Source: Lama guanicoe (Eukaryota). From it: a DNA stretch of 64,000 nt. The stretch lies in assembly GCA_013239625.1 (NCBI GenBank), contig MU056000.1, positions 13,777,175 to 13,841,174 of the forward strand, in the 5' to 3' direction. The notes beneath the pieces are model-generated. The model was given only the letters and a program-made list of their open reading frames with translations, had not been told where the DNA came from and did not search any database. Every line of letters begins with the position of its first letter. Position 1 is the stretch's first letter. This document shows, one piece after another, positions 50,621-64,000 of the stretch. A program made the position numbers and the translations under genes.

Positions 50621-53600
50621 TGAGAGAATTCTACATACTTTATATGAATTTAGGTACCCAAAGTGCCTTAGAAATTGCACAGAAAGTTTTGGAACCTCAC
50701 TTAGTAATTAACGTCTTTCTGAGTATAATCGGTATAACTCCTAACATTCCCAGCAACTGTATCTTCAATGTGATGTGGAAATAGCCTTGAATGGGTTTTA
50801 ATCTTTCAAAACAGAGGACAGTGCATTACTCATTTTGTTATATATCCCATTTCTTGTTCAGAAAAGGATCTGGGCATATATAGGAGGAAGCAGAGAGGCT
50901 GTCATCCAGATATGTAAGTGCTGATTCACGGAGATATTTAAAAATATCATCATGATGACTGTGAAAGAATTAAAATTTGGAGTGCTTTGAAAAACCATAA
51001 TAATGACAAAAACTTATGTTTGTAGCTGTAAGAAGTCCAGGGGTTTCATCACTGGCAATTTGGGGGGGAATTATGCACAAAAAATATTTATATTAAAATT
51101 TAAGTTTGGATGGATAGGTACACTTCTAATTTCTATATCTACGGGGACAGAAGCCTACAGAATACAACAGTATAATGCAAGAAACAAAGTGCTTCTAAAA
51201 CTCAGATATAATTTTCTTGAACTAGTAGCATGTGCTCTATTATTTCTTTGTTCAATATTTTAAAAGATCTTAAGAGGTTCTAATCTCTGTGCTACTTTCA
51301 TAAACTGTGGTGCAGTTCATGTTAAAATAAGACATGCTTTTAAGATACTCCCTGGGCCAAAAACAAATCCTATATTAAAGTTCAAAGTTACATCTTGGAA
51401 GGTATTAAAATCATATGTTCTTCAAAATTCTTAGATTATTGGATGCCATACACCGCCTGCTATTTCAACGGATCCCTTATTTGATAATGTAGGCACAAAG
51501 ATAAACTTTATCTCAAGCCTAGCCCAGCAGACTATTAAAGTCTTATTTCCAAGTCCTTCACAACAGCAGAAATGTCTGAGGTCTTCAGATGTGGATCTCT
51601 AATTGGACTAAACTTAAAAAAAAATTTGTCTGGAAAAAAAGCTAGAAAATAGAAATTAACTTCCACCAGACAGATAAATATGCCTGGCTTCACATTGTTT
51701 CCATTTTTTCTGGTCTTCCAGCAGCAATAAGTTCCATTCATAATTTAACTATTATCAGAGCTCCTGCAGGAAACAATGTTCTTTTCTTTTCCTGCAAAGA
51801 TCCTTTCACATAATAGGTACTTGATAAATAATGATTTGAAATATACTCAGCAGGAACTTGTCTTCTGTTACAGTCCCCTTGCTATGTTGACATGTATTAA
51901 GAAATTAAAACCAAAATGGATGAATCTCTCTTGATCGCCTTCTCATCTCTACCGAAGGTTTATTCTTTTTCTCCTGTTTCTTGACTTCCCCTTCTTTTAA
52001 TCCCAGGGTTGCCATAATCTCAATTTTCAGGCTGATTCTGCCTGTTCCTTTGTTTGTGAACATCCTCCTGGCCTCACTTGTGTCTCTGCCAAACCACAAA
52101 GGCACAGTCCAATATGTCATTATGTTCCTATTTACACCATGGAAAGTCACCCCTTCGACCATCTGCCACAATTCCCCTTGATTATTTTTAAATCTCAGAT
52201 AAACACAACCATTGTCTAAAGTTTCTGCTTTCAGATTTACAAATAATGCTGGTAAATAGTTATAACCATCTTAAGTGACCCCACCAAGGAATACAAGATA
52301 ACTTTGACTATGTTCTTAAAGGAGATTAGGAATCAATTTATTAATATCAATATTTTATCCAATGCCATAGAGTAACTCTTCTAAGTTTATTTTCCATTTT
52401 CTTTTAAGCCCTATTTCCCACTGCCAGCAGGAAAACATCTCTTCCCGAAAAGAAGCTCCCATCTATCATCAACATATTAAAAATACATTTGAAAACCTCT
52501 CAGTCCTTCTTTTCGATCAAGTATGTCCATCTATGTATACTAGACCCTGTATATTAATAACTTTAAAAAAGAACATAAATACACATAAAACAAAAATATG
52601 AATCTTGAAGAATATCAGCGACTCTGCTCATGAACAACAAACATAAATTTGCATGAGGGTTAATTAAGGTGAAAAGGGTGATAAAGAAGAAAAAAGAAGC
52701 TTTTAAAAATAGAAACCCAACCCCAAATTCGAGACACTTCATAAGCATATCACAACAATATAATAATTGCAGAAACTGTGGAAGATACGAGCAGCAGCTT
52801 ACCAAAAAAAAAAAAAAAAAAGGACTATGAACTTCAAGAGAAACCCTCTACCCATTATTTATCACGTACCTTTAACAAATCCTATATTTTTAGTAGGCGA
52901 TGGATGAGTCAAAGTACAATAAATTATGTTTGGAGTCACGATATTTATAAACATTGAAGGAAACTGTAAAGACACATCCTTAGAGAGCTTTAAAAAGTGA
53001 ACACATAATCCTGTTTTTAAAATTACTTAAAATCCTGTTTTTAAAGTTTCCCCTGCCTTAAGGCAGAGGGAAGAGTAGATGGGTTCTTCAGCATTATGTG
53101 ATTCTGAGCAAGGAAGAAATTCAGGCAGAAGGGTGTAACCTACATTTTCACAGTAGAAAAGCAAAACAAAGTGGCATGGAATGGTAAAATGAGCAATATT
53201 TTTATTGCTTAAAATATATATCAGCTGGGTTTTTTTGTTTATTTCTTTTGCTGTCACTGTAAGTAGGAGTCTAAAAAGGTGCTACAGTGTGGGCTGATAA
53301 ATCCATTTGAAAAAATATATATTATATATTATATATATGTAAAAATATATATATTTTATATATATATGTAAAAAAATTAATATCAACAGAGGTTGAAATC
53401 ACTAAGGAGAAAACAAAAGCATGTTTGTTTGTTTGTTTGTTTTGATGTAGAGCAAAAAGCTCATTAAAAGAAATCACTACACTTGCAAGTCACACTTTCC
53501 CATTTTGGGGTCATGATGGCGTACAGACTGTTTGCCTTCTCAGTAGTCAAGCTTTGAGTCCCTGCCTTTCCAGAAAGGACATTGTGATCCTACCAAGGAT

Positions 53601-55687
53601 GACTGGATAAACGCTAGTAAGTGAGAACCGAGAGAAAGGAGATCTACAGCAGAACAAAAACAAAGTGTCACAGCCTCATGACTGACAGTAGTGACTCTGG
53701 GCACGGCTGATCCCACACCCACTAGAGGATGTCTGAGGCGTCATTTGCAACTATATTCTCAGGACAGACTATGTGTGTGCTATCTTATTTAGGAATGGGG
53801 GAAAACTCTAAATGATCTCTTGAAGCCCTGTGGATAAAAACAGAATTTTAAATGCTTATAATCCATAGAGAAAATTAAGCACATTATACCACCAGCTGTG
53901 AGTTCTCATTTGAAGGACAAAAATAAATGATGGGAAAATGAGAAAAGATTTTATGTTTATTTTGACTAGGGATCTGACAATGCCAAAGAAATACAAAATA
54001 AACACAAAATCCTTCATGGTTTCTCAGTACGTATCAAATTAAATAATTGCATTTGCCTACCAGAGGACTGCGAAATCTGAAAAAGACCCCCAAAGTCATC
54101 TTTTTAAGAGCTACATTGGCAAACTTGAGAATATTTCTTATTTTAAAATCAATGCAAAGTAAATTTAAAGTTAGATATTCATTCACCAAACCCAAAGAGC
54201 CACAACGAAAAAATATATTTTCTGACAATGGCTATTCAGTATTTTGCTAAAAATAATAAAACTTACAAATAACATGAACTTCATTTTTAAAAATAAAATT
54301 ACAAATTAAATATAAAAAGTAATAAAACCAAGGGAATAACAAAATCTTCAAAATGCTGCAATGGGGTGAAAGTGAAAAGTCCATCGAATCTTTCATTTAA
54401 TATAATTTTAAACAGTCATTTTTTTGGTGGAGTTTATTCATTATTTTAAAAAGAACGTGCTAGCTGGACCCACTCATTTTTAAAGGATGAGAATGTCTAT
54501 AGAAGTGGGAAAAGCATATCTAAAGAAGAAAACCTAGAGACAAATGTAAGTAAGCAGACGTTCTTGGTAGCAAATTATGAAGAAAATCAGAAGGATTTTC
54601 AATCTGAAGGTCGCATTAAGTGTGATGTACAGCCCTGCAACCAGAGATACAAATACACACAAAGTTAAAAGCGATCTCTTTCTCCTTCTGAATAAAATCT
54701 GTAAGATTTACAAATGCGCTTGACAATTGGAGTTAAGCCTAGGAGTTAGTCTGGCAAATCTCCTTGCATCAAATAAAACCTGGTCTCTCAAGAGGCAGCA
54801 TAAAGATCACGAGGCAGAACAGACTTGTTGACTAATGGTGATTTTATGGTGGATTAAGCTAAACTTTACTATTGCAAAATGAATGAACAAAGGTATTGTA
54901 TGCACAGACCCCCGGGTAAGCCTAGACTCAGAGACTTCATGCATTATTGCTATCTGTCTTTTGCTATAGCTATTTGGCTAAGAAGCTGAATTTTGGGGGG
55001 ATTTTTCGCTACTAAAATGAAAACTTTATCTATCACAATTTAAAGAGAAGATGGTTGTAGGAAAAACTACATTTTAATGAGAAAACATGCCATGTTTTTG
55101 TTCTTATTTTAGGGTAATACCACTTTTAAATGCTGTAATTTAAAAATTACCATCTGCACTCTGGTTTTTAACTTTAAATAAATCTGTCATTACCAATTTA
55201 GTAGTTAATGATAAAAATAAAGTCATTATTAAAAAAACACAATATTTAGAATTACCTTCTACTCTATATATTATAAAAAAAATAGAAATCCATCATTTGG
55301 CTATTTTCCAAATCAAGGTGTTTCTTATTTCACAGGTGAGGAGTCAACTCTCCAAATAAATACTGAAGGTTGTTTAGTACCCATTCTTCTTTCCACCACA
55401 ACTTGGTACTAGAGCAATTAAAGGATTAATAGCAGAATATCTTATTTATTTGGTGGTAGGGGCACAAAATATAGCACAGTGCTTAATACTTCCTGTGTTT
55501 TCAGTAGTGAATTAAAATGGCCGTGTCTCTGCTTCGCCACATCTCCCTGGCTAGATTCTTAGGACTATTGTTGCCTTCTGTCCTCTCTATGCTGCTTCAT
55601 TCCCCTCCTAACTGGAGTATTCTCTGTGTTCTCTGATTCTCTTTACCTGGTGGAATGGACTCCGTGCTTTGAAGTCAAATTGCACTC

Positions 55688-56192
55688 TGTAATCCAGCAG
55701 GACCCCGTGGGGCCTTCCAGGGTCAGATCCCTCCCCCACATCCTCTGTCGCAGCTCCTCTCTGAAGTACCCAGGTCACAGAATCTCATGCATGTTTCCTG
55801 AGTTTTTCAGATGCTAAAAACCACCACCGAAGGGAAGAAATTAACTACTTAATGATCAAGAGCCCGTGGCCCCCAGACCTTCTGGTGCCTAGGGGTTGAC
55901 AGTGTTAATTGCCCTGTTGTTCCCTCAACATCAACCAACCAGAGGATTGTGCAGGATCTGATCACATACCCTGCAATCCCTTTCCTTCACCTGCCTTTAA
56001 ATATGCTTTGCTGAAACCCCTGGGGAGTTTGGAGGGTTTTTTTGTTTTGTTTTGTTTTCTTTTTTTTTGATCATGAGCCACCCCATCCTCCTCACTTGGC
56101 CCTGCAGTAAACCATTCTCTGTTCCAAACTCCAGTGATTCAGTTTGTTTGACTTCATGTTGCTGCGGGCACTCAAACTTGCCTTCGGTTACA
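55688..56192 (+). mobile_element. ERV1-type solo LTR, antisense to CDH18
   Basis: TG...CA termini (tgtaatccagcagg...ttcggttaca). TATA-like tttaaata at ~55996 and poly(A)-like agtaaa at ~56106, in the U3-R-U5 order. Confidence 0.75.
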
Positions 56193-57359
56193 GTTCCACT
56201 TCCTTGAATAACATGACTTTTAGTGATCTCTCTAAAGTAACTCACATTTCACTGCCTTCAGTGGCAAGTTATATTTCATATCATCTTTGTTTCCCCAAGT
56301 AGATGGAAAGTCCCTTGAAAGCAAGAGCTGTGTGTTTTAATTCCTTGCATTCTGGACAGCTTGGATCCTGCCTCATACACAGCAGACAGTGCTTACCATC
56401 TTGAAGGTTGAATGGCAGGAGAAAAACAATGTTAACTTAAGAGCTGACAACAGAATTTCTTTTAGAGGAAAAACATTCTAAGGAGAGTAAGAATGGTGAT
56501 GAATAGTAATTCAATGTGAGGCTGGAGTAGGGCACGCTGGACAGCCAGTGTAAACCAGTAAAACGTCAGGCAGAGAACTAGAGCTCAGTGTGTGTGTGTG
56601 TGTTTCATGTGGTTTTCTTTAAATTTGATACATGAGTATATTCTTATTAAAGATACGTAAAATGCATTTCATAAGCATTTTGTAAGAAATATTATTTTTC
56701 TATCATATTATCATGATTACTTTCATATGTGAATATATCATACACACAAATCATTATTTTTGTGTCATGTTTAAGCGTATATTATTTATTTTATAATTTG
56801 TCTTTTCTTTTTGTGGAAATTCATTTTTATTTTATTTTCAGTTGGCTGCTATAGCTCCAATATTTTGTCAACAGAATTTCATTATAATTGGCACATAGCT
56901 TTTATATTTTCTGAGACATTCAGTATTTTAAAATACCCTTGCCTAGTTGTCACATGAGTGTTATCTTAAATAGGAAGAGATTTATTTTATTGTAGTTCTT
57001 TTTTTTTTTTTTCAAATGTCACTAAAAGAAGGTCTATTGACTATTAGCTTGGAATTTTGCAAATGAATATTTCAGCGCCATTTATTCTCTTTACAATTTA
57101 AATTTATTGTCTAGAAATTTGTAAAATCATTTCTTACCTCTCAAGTTACAGAATTTATCTGGGATTATATACATATTTTTGAATCTTAAATTCCAATATT
57201 CCTTCAATCAAGGTAATTCCTTTAGATGTTTCATTATTATTTTTCCATCTACTTATTTGTTTAATTTTTAGTTATCCTCAAATGTGCCCTTTATAAGTTG
57301 TAGCATTTTGTGTGTGATTTCAAATTCTTCATATTTTGCTCTCTCTTCATAAGAATGAA

Positions 57360-57510
57360 GTAGTAATTGCCTCCATGTCTCCACTTGATAAAAGGAGAAA
57401 CTGAGACCCACTGAGAGCAAGGACTTGGCCGTGGCCTCACAATTAGCAGAGGAACCAGGTTTCAAATGGAGGCCACCTGTTTCCAGAGTCTAATTCTAAA
57501 GCATCCTTCT
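57360..57510 (-). mobile_element. MIR SINE fragment
   Basis: aaggagaaactgagacccactgagagcaaggacttggccgtggcctcacaattagcagaggaaccaggtttcaaa. Confidence 0.65.
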
Positions 57511-57554
57511 GTGTTGCTCCTCCTCCTTCTTCTTTTTCTTCTTCTTTTTTTTTT

Positions 57555-57730
57555 TTCATTTAACAAATATTTATCTGAAATTTCCTCTGTGTCCAGCATT
57601 GGGGAAGCAGTTAGGAAAATAGTAAATAAGTCAGACAGAAATCCCTGTCCTTGCAGAGCTTACGGTCTAAATGGGGAGAGAGCTCACAGCGTGGTATGTG
57701 CTCTGATTAGGGAGGTTCAGGGCATCATAT
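57555..57730 (-). mobile_element. L2 3'-end fragment
   Basis: tcatttaacaaatatttat...tgtgtccagca...gtaaataagtcagacagaaatccctgtccttgcagagcttac. Confidence 0.7.
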
Positions 57731-57744
57731 AACCACATCTGTCA

Positions 57745-58135
57745 TTTTTTAAATTGAAGTGTAGTTGATTTACAGTGTGTATTAGTTTCAGGTGTACAGC
57801 AAAGTGATTCAGTTATACGTATGCATATCTACATGTATTTGTTTCCAGGTTATTTTCCATTATAGGTTATTATAAAATATTAACTATAGTTCCCTGTGCT
57901 ATACAGTAGGGTCCTTGTTGTTTATCTGTTTTATATATGTCAATGTGTGTATGCTAAGCCCAAATGCCTAATTTATCCCTCCCCCCGACCCTGTTCCCCT
58001 TTGGTAACTATAGTTTATTTTCTATGTCCATAAGTCTATTTCTAGTTTATAAATATATCTTTCTTTTTTATTTTTTGGATGCCACATATAAGTGATATCA
58101 TATGATATTTGTCTTTCTCTGTCTGACTTACTTCA
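57745..58135 (-). mobile_element. Truncated cetartiodactyl L1 3' end
   Basis: ttttaaattgaagtgtagttgatttaca...gtgtacagcaaagtgattcagttata...ccacatataagtgatatcatatgatatttgtctttctctgtctgacttacttca. Confidence 0.88.
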
Positions 58136-59399
58136 TATAAAACATGAATCCGCTTCGGTGATCACTGTCGGGTATTGAGTGTTGATGGGTGACTGAAGTG
58201 CTGGTTAACTTGCTCTTTTGGACAATGGATTTTTCCAGTTATGATTTCAAGTATGGATGGAGAAAGTGCTCTCAAGACTTTGGTGAAAAGGGGGAAGTGA
58301 CTGGAGGTTGCCAGATGAGAGGAAGCAAGAGAGGTAGCAAAAAGCCACAAGACTCAATGGAGCAGGGAGGTGCCAAGGACACATACTCTGCCTCCCAGCT
58401 CACCTGGAGAGGGGAGGATGGAGAAAGCACCATTCCCTTGGGCAGCATTGCCTCCTCTTTGATCTTTCAGACTACTGCTTCAGTTTTCAGCAGTGTCCAT
58501 TTGAATTTTTTCATCTCACCAGAATTTTAAAATTGGTAATATTTTCATGCATCAACTCAAAAAGTCTTATTTAGTTGTTTAAGTATGGTTTTCTCTTTCT
58601 AATATAAAGTACACCCCAATATACATTAACTGCCTCTGTCCTTCCGTCTGCATCACCCTGCAGTGTCCTGTGATCCTCCACCTAGGGAGGGTCTTTGAGC
58701 TCTGATTTGTAGGGATTCCTCCAATACAGGAAGACTTACTGGGTAGATTTGGGCTAGTACCTAAATTTCTTCTTCTTCTAACTCTCAATGCCACTCTGCT
58801 TTGGAGATGATTTTTAGGATCTATCTATAAGTTAAGTTTATTTAGCTGTACATTGTATTTTAGTGAAGATGTTTTTCTTTTAAAGAATGAGTTTGACATT
58901 GATTTTTAGGCTACAATTTCCCTCATCGATTATCCCTTTTAGACATCTGCTAAGCTGGGCTGCTCTTTCCCCATTCTGTTCACCCTACCTTTGGTTAATA
59001 CTTTATGCCTTAAGCACTTGGTACTTTGAGGAGAAAGATGGTAGCAGGCATAGAAGAGTAACAGAGAAAACAAGCCAGAAAAAATAGAGAAAAATTATTT
59101 GTGTTGGTGACTGGCACCAAGAGTGACAATGTTGTGCAACCCACCCCCATAATAGAATCCTCAGAAATTTTGGAGAGGATCCCGGTTTTGTTCGGGGATG
59201 GGGTGGGATCCCTGAATCAATTTTAATTAAAATTTTAAGAACAAATATCTAGCATATCAATGAACAACCAGGCAGCCAGCAGCTCAATGATTAGATTATT
59301 ACTGAACAGTGTCCTTTCTTCCAAGCTCAGTTTGTATCCCAGCTATTTAATGAAACTTGCCAAATGGTTCTTGTGATACAAAATGTAAGTCTAGATAAA

Positions 59400-60860
59400 T
59401 CAGCAGTTTCTGACTAACCAATACTCCTGTTAATAAATAAGAGAAAAGCCTGAAATCTTCAAGGAAATTTGTTGAATGGTGTCCGAGAATGGCCGACACG
59501 TGGTCAGCGGAGGGGTGAAGATCCCAGAGAGCGGAAAAGTCTGGGGAGGTGAACTTGATTACAACGTATGTGTTTATACTGGGAACTAACAGGAGGCTGG
59601 AATTCTCACCTGGGGACAGAGAAACTAGAAGAGCTTTTAAAAGTCTCCTGGGCCTGCAGTCACGTTGGAAACTGAGGGCCCTTAAACACGTGGCTGATTC
59701 TCCCTAAACACATTTGTTAAGTTGAAAGTTTAAACTGAAAGTTTAGCAGAAATCTAAGGCTTTAAGTGGAAAAGCCCTGGAAGACGAAGAAGAGCATTGT
59801 CCCCTCTCCATCTATTCCTGTTGAACAGACAGTAATTAAAATTAGGGGACCAGGGTGAATGGCCCGACTGTACAAACAGGCTCTCAGCTGGAAGGCCCAG
59901 AGGGCTATGTCCTCGGGACACAGGTAAATCAGCAGTGTACTGAATCTAAACAAAACTGCAAACTAGCCCGGACTTAGCTCAAGCCTGATGGACTAAAATG
60001 CAGGCATACCTCCTTTTATTTTGCTTTGCTTTATTGTGCTTTGCAGATGCTGTGTGTGTGTGTGTGTGTTTTTTTTTTTTTAACAAATTGAAGGTGGACA
60101 GACAACCCTGTGTCCCCCAGGACTACTGGTGCCATTTTCCCGACAGTATTTGCTCACTTCCTGCCTCTCTGTCACATTTTGGTAATTCTCACAATACTTC
60201 AAACTTTTATTATTATGGTGATCTGTGATCAGTGATCTTTAACGTTGCCACTGTAGAAACATAATAACTCACTGAAGGCCCAGATGATGGTTAGCATTTT
60301 TTAGCGATAAAGCAGTTTTAAAGTAAAGCATGTATCAGCATTTTTTAAAACATAATGCTATTTCACACTTAATAGACTGTAGTGTAGTGTGAACATAACT
60401 TTTATATGTACTGGAAAACAAAAATAAATTCATAGCACTCACTTTATTATGACAATTGCTTTATTGTGGTGGTTTGGTACCAAACCCACAATGTCTCTGA
60501 GGCATGCCTGTAATAATGTCCCTCTCTAATTGCTTATCCAAGAAAATGGTGAACACTCTCTGAAGAAATACACTGCCATTTGAGACTCTTCTAGGTTTAG
60601 ACAGTATGTGGGACAGCCAACTAAAAATTACTACACATATTAAGAAACAAGACTGTAAATCCCAGTCCTGTCTCTCCAGTCCCCCTGACGAAAAACAAAA
60701 ACAAAAGCCTATTATCATATTGACAAAATAGAATTAGCTGGCAATGATAGTAAAACCATTAAGATTAATATGTTCAAGAAAATAGAAGGAAACAAAGATA
60801 GAAAATATAACAGAAAGGCTAGAGAATTTCACCAGAGATCTACATTTCTATAAAAGGGAA
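59400..60860 (+). mobile_element. Ancient L1M 5'/ORF1-region relic interrupted by the Tigger1 derivative
   Basis: L1M-like phrases lie on both sides of 60001-60510 (aaaattactacacatattaagaaacaag; attaatatgttcaagaaaatagaag; gagaatttcaccagaga). Boundaries approximate. Confidence 0.45.
60001..60510. mobile_element. Internally deleted Tigger1 (TcMar) DNA transposon, Tigger1a_Art-like
   Basis: Terminal inverted repeats CAGGCATACCTC / GAGGCATGCCTG (11/12). TA follows the right end and TG precedes the left end. Tigger1 internal phrases are present (acaaattgaagg, ctcactgaaggc.cagatgatggttagcatttttta). Confidence 0.88.
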
Positions 60861-63614
60861 AACTAATGGCTATCGACCAAAGCAATGAGTGTTTGGACCA
60901 CATGTTCTCTGAGTGGCTGTATTTGATTTGATAGGACATTTGCTTTCTTTAGCAGATTATAAGCTGCATGCTGGTGTTTTCCACTACAGTGAATCAAAAA
61001 AAAAAAAAAAACCCAAAAAAAACAAAAAAAAAAGCCCCAAATAAACGTTTATATAAATAGGATGGAACATTTAAGAAGACATTTGTTCTCCAATGTTCAG
61101 AGAAATTAGCAGATTCCAAATTAACGAGGGATAAAAACATACAGCAGGTAAGATCTAACAAAGATGATGAAGATCTGGAACAACATGGAACATTGTCTTA
61201 AATGTAATTATCTAGCAAGCAGATAGGGCCGGTCAATAGAAGAATTCTCTCAGGGTGTCTCTGGGGTTTAGCATTTACTGGTGTCAAGGGTCGGGGTTTA
61301 GTATTTCTAGAGCTCACTCTTTATAGATGCATTTAAAACATAAAAGCAGGAATCTAAAGTTAGGGGAGGAAAAAATCCCAAACAGCCCAAATGTTCAGTT
61401 AATGAAATTACCCAAAATCTCGAGCACAAAGGCAGATCGGGGAGCTGGCTTTTATCCACTAGTGGTTGGCAGTGTGCTTACTCGAAACAGCCATCTTTGA
61501 AATGAATGCCTCTTTGAAGTGGGTCTCTGGCAGTCGATCAAATTTTAGACAGTCAGTTACATTAATAAAGAAAATTTCCAGCTGTCAAGGCTTACAGTAC
61601 CTTTATATCTTTATAATATCTCTATAATAAGAAAAAATTAACAAATTATTCCTTGAGCTAATATTCTGTTCAAGGAAGCAAGAGTTCCATCAAAGCAAAC
61701 ACATCCATTCAAAGAAAAGGTAGTCCAAACACTGCTGTAGTTGATAACCATTTCTTCCTTTTATAGAGATTTAAAGGCTGTATAATGTCTTGATATCTAT
61801 TGGGATATGCTCTTTTTTCTCTAACTATACACTTTCTTCATCATCTTACATTCTTGCTTTTCTCAATCTTTTACCATTTGCATTTTATTAACAGATTATT
61901 AAATTCTGATTATGATTAAAATTATATTTAATTTAGAGATTACTATGGAAATTGAGTGTTTGGATTTACTACTGTGGTTAACATATTATTTCTCTGGTTT
62001 GTTTTTATATTTTCAGTAACTTTGCCTTTGATAATGGTGAAATTAAACATTATTGGATATTTTTCCTCTGATGACTGCAGTTTTTTTGTTAATTTGTTTG
62101 ATTTTTTTTTTACCATTTTAAATTATATCTGATTTGATATTTATTCTTTTTTTTAATATAGGAAATCTAGCCACTTGGGGCATTTATTAGTATTTCAAAA
62201 ACTTGTCAATCTCTCTCATTGCTTCTTAAAGATGTTTCTGTGGATTCTCTTAATTTATTTACAGAGGCAATTGCATCATTCATTAACAGTGATAATTTTG
62301 TGTTCTGTTTCTATTTATTATTGCTGTTTTGTTTGTTTTTGCTTTTGTTTTATCTTTTTGGATTGAGGAGAACATTCAATACAATGCTGATTAATTGTAT
62401 TAATTGAAAGTATCCTGAGACCAAAAGAACTGCCCAGGTGAATCCATCAGAAATTGCTTATTCTTAGAAATGTGAGCTAAATAAATGTGTTTTAAGAGAG
62501 CAAGTTTTGGATTTGTTTTCTTTTTCAGCAGTAGCTGTTTTTTTTTTTTTAAGCAACAGCTAAATATTTCTAACTTTTTATACACAAATTTCCTATCATA
62601 TGCTAAATTTGGTATATTTCTTGTTAGCAACATGTAACAGTATATTTTAAACCTATAGTAAAATATCCTTAAGAATGATAGTTATTTTATGATTATGGTC
62701 TATGGTATACTAGTTTCTACTTCTTAAAAAGTTTTTCCATATTTCTACTTTGCATCTTTTACACTACTTTCTGATCTCTGTTCTATTGATATCTTTATTA
62801 TTTAACTTAAAAAAAATCTTTCCTTGTTTTGGAAATTACAGATTACTATTCTATTAATTCAATGCTAATTCTTCAAGTTTTAACATTTGAAATGAAATAC
62901 TAATTGCAAATCTTTTTGTCTATTTTTTCTTGCAGAGATCCTGAAGGCAGAGATTAATAAAATATTTGCCAAAATGTTAGTAACTAAAAATAAAAATTTT
63001 CTTTTCTTATACATTGGAAAAAGTCTTCAATGATTGTTTCCCCTTAATTCCTGATAGCTCACCATGGATAACTATAGAGAAGGTTGGCAATAAGAAATTA
63101 TTTTCCTTTACCAGTTTGAGCATATAATTGCTATCAACATCTAATAAAAAAATCATCTTCTGATTAAAAAAATCAAGTTCTGGCAAAAAAAAAATCATCT
63201 TTTTTTTTCTTTTAAACAGGAATCTACTTTAAATCTAATTAGTATTGCTTTTCAAGTGTTCTACCATTTCTTTTTGATAGCTTAATTTTTTTCTCTTTAT
63301 CTTTGAGGTTTGGCACTTTTAAACTGCCATATCCAAGTATAGATTTGTGTTTGCCTTTTGGTGTTTATATTCATCATGAGGGTCCACATTTGAAAAAATT
63401 ATCATGTAATATTTATATTGCCTGTTGCTTTATTGTCTTCTTAATTCTTCCAGATATTTTATATCCCATATCTGTTAAGTGTTCTCACAATTTAAAAAAA
63501 TTTTGATCTATCTGGACTTTGTTTGCTTGAATTAATGATTTTTACATTTGACTTGCTTAATCTTTCTTTGTGTCCAGCCTAGAAGTAATGCTATTTTTTT
63601 CAATTGTTCTCACT

Positions 63615-63915
63615 GTGTATCTGTGTGTATGTAAATATATATGCATATACATATTATACATGTATATACATAATTAAATCTAAAATGTATGGATAATTTA
63701 TATCTATATAACTCTATGTATATAACTAAATCTCTATATATTTCTAAATATAGTTTCATACATATTTCTATATATTTACCTATATTTATATGTATATATC
63801 ATGTGATATACCTACATACATATACTTAAAACAAAATCTAAAATTTAAATGTCTGTTTATATGTTTATTTATAGTTATGTATATAATATGAAACCTATAT
63901 ATTTTCATATCACTC
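63615..63915. repeat. TA-rich low-complexity / degenerate microsatellite
   Basis: Direct reading. Confidence 0.75.
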
Positions 63916-64000
63916 TATGTACTTTTCTATCTTTGCAAAACTAGTTTTATTCTGATAAGGATTTTAAAACCATTTTTAAGCAAACATTTTCGTTCACTGT

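Larger units (their letters stand above)
47596..64000 (-). other. CDH18: CDH18 intron (continues beyond the window)
   Basis: Lies upstream of the penultimate exon acceptor. I recognised no cadherin-coding exon in this interval, only repeats and AT-rich unique DNA. Confidence 0.8.

Noticed and set aside
47596..64000. Search for the preceding CDH18 exon (first half of EC5)
   Set aside because: I found no cadherin-like reading frame with splice sites by eye or in the ORF track. It probably lies beyond the window, though a short exon could have been missed.

Overview
AT-rich, repeat-dense mammalian genomic DNA. It is probably camelid, judging by a Vic-1-like tRNA-derived SINE at ~40.9 kb and cetartiodactyl-type L1, LTR and Tigger1 derivatives. 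The only supportable gene is the 3' end of the type II classical cadherin CDH18 on the minus strand. It comprises a 252-nt penultimate exon (47344-47595; end of EC5 plus most of the transmembrane helix), an 8.95-kb last intron, and the terminal exon (CDS 37904-38394; cytoplasmic p120/beta-catenin-binding tail) with a likely poly(A) signal at 37651-37656. Positions 47596-64000 are intron, and I did not find the next upstream exon. Positions ~1-37600 are 3' flank containing LINE, SINE, LTR and DNA-transposon relics and microsatellites. Repeat family names come from my recall of consensus sequences and were not checked by search. I see no evidence of a new multi-gene system. The leads most worth testing are: (i) a candidate splice acceptor at 35619-35620 that, joined to the penultimate exon, would complete the TM helix and stop (a tail-less CDH18); (ii) a CpG island over the terminal exon; (iii) a rearranged MER53 giving a miR-1302-like hairpin in the last intron; (iv) a head-to-head L1 composite; (v) a 3x21-bp palindromic minisatellite downstream of the gene.
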